A stretch of DNA of 64,000 nt from Alphaproteobacteria bacterium (GTDB lineage Bacteria; Pseudomonadota; Alphaproteobacteria; RF32; CAG-239): NCBI GenBank assembly GCA_017467515.1, contig JAFUSU010000030.1, forward strand, positions 215-64,214. Direction: 5' to 3'. The notes under the pieces were generated by a model. It did no database searches and had not been told where the DNA came from. It saw nothing but the letters and a program-made list of their open reading frames with translations. A program made the translations under genes and the position numbers. Shown one piece after another: positions 57,324 to 64,000 of this stretch (position 1 is the first letter of the stretch; each line of letters opens with the position of its first letter).

Positions 57324-59692
57324 GTTGTTTTCCCTTTCGGTTTTTCATTTGTTTCAGCCGGAATATCCTCATGGCTGTTATATAAAATAACGGCCTCATT
57401 TGTCTTAGAGGTATTCTCACCGGCAACACCGTCTTTATTATATTGAGGTTTATTATGGCGATCTCGGTTAAAACCACGCCGTCCTCGACGATCCTTAAAA
57501 CGGCGACTGTTTCGAGAACCTTTAGTTTCTTCATCGGTATCCTGAGATATATTCTCCGATTGTTCGGTTTCATCAGTGTTCTCGGAAATATCAATTTGAA
57601 CATCAGGCTCTTTAGGCACATCAATAGGTTTCACTGCCTTAATGCGTTCAATACGATAATCAGAAATATTTTTAATTGTATCATCAGCACTGATGATAAT
57701 TTGCATATTATAATGCTTTTCGAGTTCACTGAGTTTTAATCTCTTATGATTGAGTAAGAAAATAGCCACATCACTGGGGACAAAAACACTGATTTGTGAG
57801 GATCTGGAACGAATACCTTCTTCCTCAATACCACGAAGAACCATAACCGCACTCGATTCCATTGTTCTAATCAGGCCTTTGCCTTGACAATATGGGCAAA
57901 CTTGATAATTGCTCTCAAAGAAAGAAGAATGCATTCTTTGACGAGAAATTTCGAGTAACCCGAAAATACTCATCTTTGCAATTTGGATACGAGCACGATC
58001 TGATTTCATTGCCTCCTTCATTCTTTTTTCAACGGCAATATTATTTTTAGGATCATCCATATCAATAAAATCGACAACAACCAAACCGGCAAGATTACGC
58101 ATTCTTAGTTGCTTTGCAATTTCATCAGCGGCTTCAAGGTTTGTTTTTAAAGCAGTTTCTTCCAAATCTTTTTCTTTTGTCGCACGTCCTGAATTAACAT
58201 CAATAGAAACGAGAGCTTCAGTCGGATTAATAACTAAATACCCTCCGGATTCAAGCTGAACATTTGTATCATGTAATTTATCCAATTGAGTTTCAACTTG
58301 GAAACGCTGAAACAGAGGTAAATCACCCTTCTTATTGACCTTGATTTTCTTGAGGTTGTGAGGTGATAAAATTTTTGTAAACTCACGTGCTTCCGTATAT
58401 GCTTTATCGCCATCAACGATAATTTCAGATATATCTTTCGTGAACATATCACGGAGAGCTCTTTTTATCAAATTTCCTTCTTCGTGAATCATAAATGGAG
58501 CTTTATTCTTAAGAGCAGAAAGCCGAATTTGATTCCAACTGCGAATTAAATAATTATAGTCACGGACAATATCTGCTTTCGTTTTATCTTCTCCGGCTGT
58601 TCTGACAATCATAGACATATCAGAACTGATGGGAAGCTCTTTGATTATGTTTTTAAGGCGTTTGCGGTCTGAAATGTTTGTGATTTTACGAGAAACCCCA
58701 CCGCTTTTAATACGATTGGGCATTAAAACGCAATAGCGCCCGGCTAAAGATAAATAAGTTGTTAAAGCTGCACCTTTATTGCCGCGCTCCTCCTTGACAA
58801 CCTGAACTAATAAAATTTGTCCTTCTTTAATCACATCTTGAATTGTACTGCGATGGAATAATTTTCTTAATTTCATTAATTTACGTTGAATTTCAAAATC
58901 ATATTCGGAATCATCATCATCATCGTCACTATCTAAACCGTCTGATTCTTCAAAAGAAGAAGCTGAAATAACATCTTCTTGAACAGAAGGATCCTCATTT
59001 ATTTCGGCAGCCTTAACTGAGAAAGATTCCTTTACTTTATTTTCTTCTTCAGGGGTAATTTTTTCTTGTTGCTTTTTAATTCTCTTTTTGAGGATTCTTT
59101 TTTTACGGTTATGTTTTTCGTCTTCTTCAACAGCTTGCTCGGCAGCGGCATCAATCTCGGCCGGAGTCATCTCAGCAGGCTTTGCAACTTCTTGAGAGGG
59201 AGCATCTGTTGCTTTCTCAGAAGATTCAGATGAAGCTGTTTGATTTTCTCCTGAAGCATTGTCTTCGTCGGTTTGCTGTTGTGCGGCTTGTTCTTCGGCC
59301 AATCTTTTTTCTTCTTCAAGGCGGGCACGCTCACGAGCTTTTTCTTCGCGATATCTTTCACGTTCTAATTCACGTTCTTTAAGATATTGCTTTTTAGCCT
59401 CAATGGCCTCATCAACCTCTTGCTCAACTTCTGCTAAAGTATCTTCTGAAACATTGTAGTAATCGGGGTGAATTTCACCAAAGGCCAAAAAACCGTGCTT
59501 GTTGCCACCATAATCGACAAAAGCCGCTTGTAAAGACGGTTCAATCCGCATAACTTTTGCCAGATAAATATTTCCTTTAATTTGTTTTCTGAAACTGGAT
59601 TCAAATTCAACATCTTCAACTTTGTTTCCATTTACAATCACAACACGAGTTTCTTCGGGTTGTGTGTCGTCAATTAACATTCTTTTTGTCAT
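57296..59692 (-). CDS. rne: Ribonuclease E
   Basis: KGNIYLAKV..IEPSLQAAFVDYG, KEERGNKGAALTT, IDVNSG, DFIDM and CPYC motifs; acidic S1 insertion of the alphaproteobacterial type; ATG 59692 after GGAG. Confidence 0.96.
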   Translation of the reverse strand: MTKRMLIDDTQPEETRVVIVNGNKVEDVEFESSFRKQIKGNIYLAKVMRIEPSLQAAFVDYGGNKHGFLAFGEIHPDYYNVSEDTLAEVEQEVDEAIEAKKQYLKERELERERYREEKARERARLEEEKRLAEEQAAQQQTDEDNASGENQTASSESSEKATDAPSQEVAKPAEMTPAEIDAAAEQAVEEDEKHNRKKRILKKRIKKQQEKITPEEENKVKESFSVKAAEINEDPSVQEDVISASSFEESDGLDSDDDDDDSEYDFEIQRKLMKLRKLFHRSTIQDVIKEGQILLVQVVKEERGNKGAALTTYLSLAGRYCVLMPNRIKSGGVSRKITNISDRKRLKNIIKELPISSDMSMIVRTAGEDKTKADIVRDYNYLIRSWNQIRLSALKNKAPFMIHEEGNLIKRALRDMFTKDISEIIVDGDKAYTEAREFTKILSPHNLKKIKVNKKGDLPLFQRFQVETQLDKLHDTNVQLESGGYLVINPTEALVSIDVNSGRATKEKDLEETALKTNLEAADEIAKQLRMRNLAGLVVVDFIDMDDPKNNIAVEKRMKEAMKSDRARIQIAKMSIFGLLEISRQRMHSSFFESNYQVCPYCQGKGLIRTMESSAVMVLRGIEEEGIRSRSSQISVFVPSDVAIFLLNHKRLKLSELEKHYNMQIIISADDTIKNISDYRIERIKAVKPIDVPKEPDVQIDISENTDETEQSENISQDTDEETKGSRNSRRFKDRRGRRGFNRDRHNKPQYNKDGVAGENTSKTNEAVILYNSHEDIPAETNEKPKGKTTWWRKLIKS

Positions 59693-59840
59693 AAAAATAA
59701 CTCCAAACTTCAACTTCCGGTATGTAATACCGACCAATCGCCACACACTGAAAGGAGTTATTGCCCTCAAAAATACACACACAACCATTGCGGGGTTGCA
59801 AATTCTTAAGTCTTATGTGAGGGTAACCCTCATATATTTG
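59693..59840 (-). promoter_or_regulatory. Structured rne 5' leader with anti-SD pairing
   Basis: 9-bp complementarity between 59696-59704 (contains the SD) and 59754-59762; hairpins at 59718-59732 and 59814-59836. Confidence 0.5.
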
Positions 59841-60140
59841 AGCCCGTGTATTTTCTGTTTGTTTGTTATTGTTTTGCGGGCGATAAACCGTTCAGTAAAT
59901 TTTCTTTGTCTCTTGGATAAAGCTCGCTTTTCGCTATGAAGAAGCGGCGGTATCAGTTATACAAACTAAATTACCAAAATTTGACATCAAAAATTTGCAA
60001 CCGATACATAAAAAATATCCAATTAGCATTAAGCATATACAATTTGATTTAAAACACAATAATATTTTTTATATCTCACAAAATTTCTTTTAACGACTTA
60101 GTAATAAGTCTTGTTTTATAATACGAAACAGGATTTAACG

Positions 60141-61373
60141 ATGAAAACGGTGGGAAAAAATATATTAAAAAAAATAATATCAGCCTCTTTTTTTATAGGA
60201 CTGGTAATGTTTTGTTGTTCCCATAATGCGGTTGCTTCAACAATTAAAAACTTGCGAGTAGGGCAGAATAATGAAGGCTTCCGGCTGGTTTTTGATGCAG
60301 ATGCTAAATTTTCTTACAAAGCCTTTTTATTAAATGAACCAAGGCGATTGGTCGTTGATGTTTATGACAGTCAGATTACTTCTAATGTCGAAAATTTTAA
60401 GGATAAAACTTCTTTCATATCACATGTAAGAGTTGGAACGCCGACACCATCATCAAAAAGAATAGCTTTAGATATTAATACGCCTGTTATTATTAAAAAA
60501 GCCTTTGTCTTGGCGCCTCAGAGCGGATTCGGGTGGAGATTCGTTATCGATGTTAAAAAAGTCGATGTGCGGCAATTTGAAACACATATCGGGAATAAAT
60601 ATGCGTTTGACAGCCAAAACGGAATTTCCCAAAAAACAGTATCGGCAACGTCTAAAACGTCAACGGTATTTTCTAAAGCAAAAAAAATTATTGTTTTGGA
60701 CCCCGGACACGGTGGTAAAGATCCCGGAGCAATAGGATATTCCGGAATTTATGAAAAAAATATAACCTTGGCAATGGCAAAAGAATTAAAGTCTATGCTC
60801 GATAAAGAAGGGCGTTATACGGTTTATCTGACGAGAACGACAGATATTTTCATTCCGTTACGAGACAGAGTTAAAATAGCACGTCGTTATAAAGCGGATT
60901 TGTTTATGTCTATCCATGCGGACAGCGCAGCTAATCGCAATGCAAAAGGATTATCCGTCTATACCTTATCCGAAACGGCATCAGATAAAGAAGCGGAAGC
61001 ATTGGCCGAAAGAGAAAATAAGGCGGATGTCGTCGCCGGACTTAATTTATGGGAACATTCTAAAGAAGTTTCGGATATTTTAATAAATTTGGCACAACGA
61101 GAAACAATGAATCGTTCTTCTGAATTTGCAGGTTTTATGGTGCAGGAAATGCGAAAATCAGTCAAACTCGTAGATAATACGCATCGCTTTGCAGGATTTG
61201 CCGTTCTTAAAGCACCGGATGTTCCTTCCGTTTTATTGGAATTGGGATACTTGTCAAACAGAACGGAAGAAAATCAACTGAAACAACCTGCATACCGCAA
61301 AAAATTGGCCACATCAACAAGTAAAGCCATAAAAAAGTATTTTGATAATATGCAAAGAGCATCAGTTTTTTAA
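60141..61373 (+). CDS. amiC: N-acetylmuramoyl-L-alanine amidase (AMIN + Amidase_3)
   Basis: Motifs LDPGHGGKDPGA, EK, SIHAD and FAVLKAPD.PSVL.ELG; sits between rne and PBP1A. Confidence 0.92.
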   Translation: MKTVGKNILKKIISASFFIGLVMFCCSHNAVASTIKNLRVGQNNEGFRLVFDADAKFSYKAFLLNEPRRLVVDVYDSQITSNVENFKDKTSFISHVRVGTPTPSSKRIALDINTPVIIKKAFVLAPQSGFGWRFVIDVKKVDVRQFETHIGNKYAFDSQNGISQKTVSATSKTSTVFSKAKKIIVLDPGHGGKDPGAIGYSGIYEKNITLAMAKELKSMLDKEGRYTVYLTRTTDIFIPLRDRVKIARRYKADLFMSIHADSAANRNAKGLSVYTLSETASDKEAEALAERENKADVVAGLNLWEHSKEVSDILINLAQRETMNRSSEFAGFMVQEMRKSVKLVDNTHRFAGFAVLKAPDVPSVLLELGYLSNRTEENQLKQPAYRKKLATSTSKAIKKYFDNMQRASVF

Positions 61374-61456
61374 ATACACTGAATTTTTAATTGCTTTTTT
61401 TCTAAATTGTAATAGATTATCGCTAAGCTGTGAAATTAATTTCAATAGGGTTTGAG

Positions 61457-63895
61457 ATGTTTAAAACAATTACATCGTTGTTAAGTACATTTTTTTTCTT
61501 TGCCGTCATTGGTATTGTGCTTGTTTTAGTAACGTTTGGGCAGTTGTCAATTGATTTGCCTGATTATAGTAAATTGGCAAAATATGAACCGCCGGTCACA
61601 ACCAGACTCTACGCCTCAGATGGACAACCGCTTATGGAGTATGCCGCAGAAAAGCGTTTTTTTGTACCGATTGACAAAGTGCCTGATCGCGTTAAGCAAG
61701 CTTTTTTGGCAGCAGAAGATAAGCATTTTTATTCTCACGCGGGTGTCGATTTTTTGGGAATTATCAGGGCTGTCCTCGGAAATCTTAAAAATGTCGGAAC
61801 GGGGAAACGTCCTGCTGGAGCTTCTACCATTACGCAACAGGTTGCAAAAAACTTCTTATTGAGTTCGGAATTATCTTATGTCCGCAAGATAAAAGAGGCT
61901 ATTTTAGCAACACGTATTGAAAAATCTTTTTCGAAAGACCATATTTTAGAGCTTTATCTTAACGAAATTTATCTGGGTAACCGTTCTTATGGTGTTGCTG
62001 CAGCTGCTTTGAATTATTTCGGAAAATCATTAAATGAGCTTAATATAGAGGAAGTGGCATACTTGGCGGCCTTGCCGAAAGGTCCGAATAATTACAATCC
62101 TAAAACAAAATATGAAGCGGCTGTCGGGCGCCGTAACTGGGTGATAGACAGAATGGCAGAAGACGAATATATTACGGAAGAAGAAGCTGAAAACGCTAAA
62201 GCAAAGCCTTTGAAAGTTATTGACAGAAATCCGAATATTGTACGAGATGCTCAATATTTTAGTGAAGAAGTGCGCCGTGAAATCAGTTCTGCATATGGTG
62301 ATGATGCCTTGTATGAAGGCGGGTTATTTGTGAGAACAACCTTAAATCCGAGATTACAAACAATAGCAACCAAAGCTTTTCATAAGCAGTTGCAGAATTA
62401 TGACCGCAGACACGGTTGGCGTGGTCCTATAACCAATATTCCGGTTGATGAGCATATCATAGATACTCTTAAAAAATTGACACTTCCCAATGGGGCTGAT
62501 GAAGAATGGGTAGCAGCTGTTGTAACGGAACTATCTGAAAAAGAAGCAAAAATCATAACCGTTAATGAAGATAAAGGAACAATACCGTTAACTTTGTTAA
62601 CCTGGGCAGGAAAAACGCTTGATGATCAACGAATTGGTTCGGCTCCTAAAAAAATAGCCGATGTTTTGGCTGTCGGTGATGTTATTTGGGTTCAGCCGGC
62701 AGATAAAAAAATCATTTCAGCTAAAAAAATAGCACCGGACAGTTATGAACTCAGACAAATTCCAAATGTTGAAGGTGCTGTCTTGATTATGGATCCGCAT
62801 ACAGGTAAAGTTTTGGCGACGGTCGGCGGTTATTCTTTTCAAATTTCTCAATTTAATCGTGCTACACAGGCAATGCGTCAAACCGGATCGGCATTTAAGC
62901 CGTTTGTTTATCTCACCGCTCTTGAAAACGGTTATTCTCCGACAGATTTGATTTTAGATGCCCCCTTTGTGCTAGATCAGGGAGCCGGTCTGAAGCGCTG
63001 GAAACCGGAAAATTATTCTAAGAAATTTTACGGTTTAATGACTTTACGCGAAGGCATTGAGAAATCCCGTAATTTAATGACGGTACGGTTGGCGCAGGAA
63101 GTCGGAATGAAAAAAATAGCAGAAATGACACGTCGTGTCGGAATTAATGACAATCTTCCTCAGTTGCTGTCAATGTCTTTAGGTGCAGGCGATACAAAAT
63201 TAATTAATATGGTGAGTGCTTATTCTGTTTTGGTCAATGGCGGTAAAAAAGTAACCCCTTATTTTATTGAAAAAATTCAGGATAGAAACGGTAAAACAAT
63301 TTTCAAGAAAGATACGCGTGTTTGTGAAAATTGTAATGCCGATCATTGGACCTCACAAACTGCTCCGGTGTTGCAAGATACAAGGGAGCAAATTGTCGAT
63401 TCGCTGAGTGCATATCAAATGACATCTATACTTGAGGGGGTTGCTGTTCGTGGAACCGGAGCCAGATTGCGTGCGCTTAATCGTCATCTGGCAGGCAAAA
63501 CGGGGACGACAAATGACAATAAAGATGGTTGGTTTGTCGGATTCTCTCCCGATTTAGTTGTCGGAACATATGTCGGTTTTGATGAACCCAGAACATTAGG
63601 AAAGGTTGAAACCGGGGCCTCTGTCGCATTGCCGATTTTTTATGATATTATGGAACAAGCCCTTAAGGAAACGCCGGATGAGCCTTTCCGTATTCCGGAA
63701 GGGATAAAATTAGTTCGTATTAATCACAAAACAGGAAAACTGGCTTCTCCGAGTGATAAAGAAGTTATTTTTGAAGCCTTAAAACCTGATTTTGATTTCG
63801 ATAAAAGCCATCAAAAAGTGGTTGGAAATGAAAATACGACAACAGAAGAAAATCCTGTCGAAGATGAAGAAATTCAAATAGGAACGCAATATTAG
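61457..63895 (+). CDS. mrcA: Penicillin-binding protein 1A
   Basis: Transglycosylase motifs EDKHF..H.G and GASTITQQVAKN; transpeptidase motifs SAFK, SRN and KTG. Confidence 0.96.
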   Translation: MFKTITSLLSTFFFFAVIGIVLVLVTFGQLSIDLPDYSKLAKYEPPVTTRLYASDGQPLMEYAAEKRFFVPIDKVPDRVKQAFLAAEDKHFYSHAGVDFLGIIRAVLGNLKNVGTGKRPAGASTITQQVAKNFLLSSELSYVRKIKEAILATRIEKSFSKDHILELYLNEIYLGNRSYGVAAAALNYFGKSLNELNIEEVAYLAALPKGPNNYNPKTKYEAAVGRRNWVIDRMAEDEYITEEEAENAKAKPLKVIDRNPNIVRDAQYFSEEVRREISSAYGDDALYEGGLFVRTTLNPRLQTIATKAFHKQLQNYDRRHGWRGPITNIPVDEHIIDTLKKLTLPNGADEEWVAAVVTELSEKEAKIITVNEDKGTIPLTLLTWAGKTLDDQRIGSAPKKIADVLAVGDVIWVQPADKKIISAKKIAPDSYELRQIPNVEGAVLIMDPHTGKVLATVGGYSFQISQFNRATQAMRQTGSAFKPFVYLTALENGYSPTDLILDAPFVLDQGAGLKRWKPENYSKKFYGLMTLREGIEKSRNLMTVRLAQEVGMKKIAEMTRRVGINDNLPQLLSMSLGAGDTKLINMVSAYSVLVNGGKKVTPYFIEKIQDRNGKTIFKKDTRVCENCNADHWTSQTAPVLQDTREQIVDSLSAYQMTSILEGVAVRGTGARLRALNRHLAGKTGTTNDNKDGWFVGFSPDLVVGTYVGFDEPRTLGKVETGASVALPIFYDIMEQALKETPDEPFRIPEGIKLVRINHKTGKLASPSDKEVIFEALKPDFDFDKSHQKVVGNENTTTEENPVEDEEIQIGTQY

Positions 63896-63904
63896 GAAAA
63901 TAAA

Positions 63905-64000
63905 ATGAGAGCAGAAATTGTAACTTTAGCAGATGAAATTCATCAGTCTCTTGCATTAATTCGGAGGTCTCTTTGACTACGATAACGCAGTCATAAGACT
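63905..64000 (+). CDS. prfB: Peptide chain release factor 2, 5' fragment with programmed +1 frameshift (3'-truncated by the window edge)
   Basis: MRAEIVTLADEIHQSLALIRRSL, then CTT-TGA-C at 63971-63977 with internal SD GGAGG at 63963-63967; the +1 frame continues DYDNAVIR. Confidence 0.92.

Noticed and set aside
58860-59440. Large acidic/charged insertion in RNase E as a novelty
   Set aside because: An S1-domain insertion is a known feature of alphaproteobacterial RNase E.
44861-60104. CtrA boxes upstream of the SPOR gene (44861-44875) and amiC (60090-60104)
   Set aside because: Each has a mismatch to TTAA-N7-TTAA in very AT-rich DNA and cannot be distinguished from chance.
1-64000. tRNA, rRNA, IS, integrase or prophage genes
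   Set aside because: None were recognised. Intergenic gaps are short and mostly explained by promoters and terminators. A covariance-model scan was not possible.

Overview
AT-rich chromosomal window of an alphaproteobacterium. The rne-amiC-mrcA-prfB, prmC-DUF4167-clpB, chpT and rpoH genes give it a Rhodospirillales-like backbone. Rubrerythrin, a flavodiiron protein, arginine decarboxylase/antiporter, AsnRS and a non-alphaproteobacterial-looking TrpRS suggest a streamlined gut or anaerobic lineage such as RF32 (inference). About 52 CDS are supported; no rRNA, tRNA, CRISPR array or transposase was seen. Most genes are housekeeping. The most notable signals are: (1) a stand-alone 146-aa protein with the complete CD38/ADP-ribosyl-cyclase (ARC) motif set, starting immediately after the clpB stop, downstream of a sigma32-like promoter and with no immunity gene; (2) two unrelated orphan genes with an identical SD-less cassette layout (sigma70 promoter - 15 nt - AATTATTAATTAAT - 11 nt - ATG ... 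terminator); (3) a fused R-M-S restriction enzyme with an A10 tract at the M/S junction, where either slip gives a stop within a few codons; (4) a Cys-rich repeat surface-type protein followed by a CGTC-type REP cluster with covariation; (5) a Chlamydia-like aaxBC pair; (6) a reduced chpT-cheY-cheR cluster and a head-to-head pseudokinase / degenerate-GGDEF pair. All family assignments come from motif recognition by eye, not from database searches.
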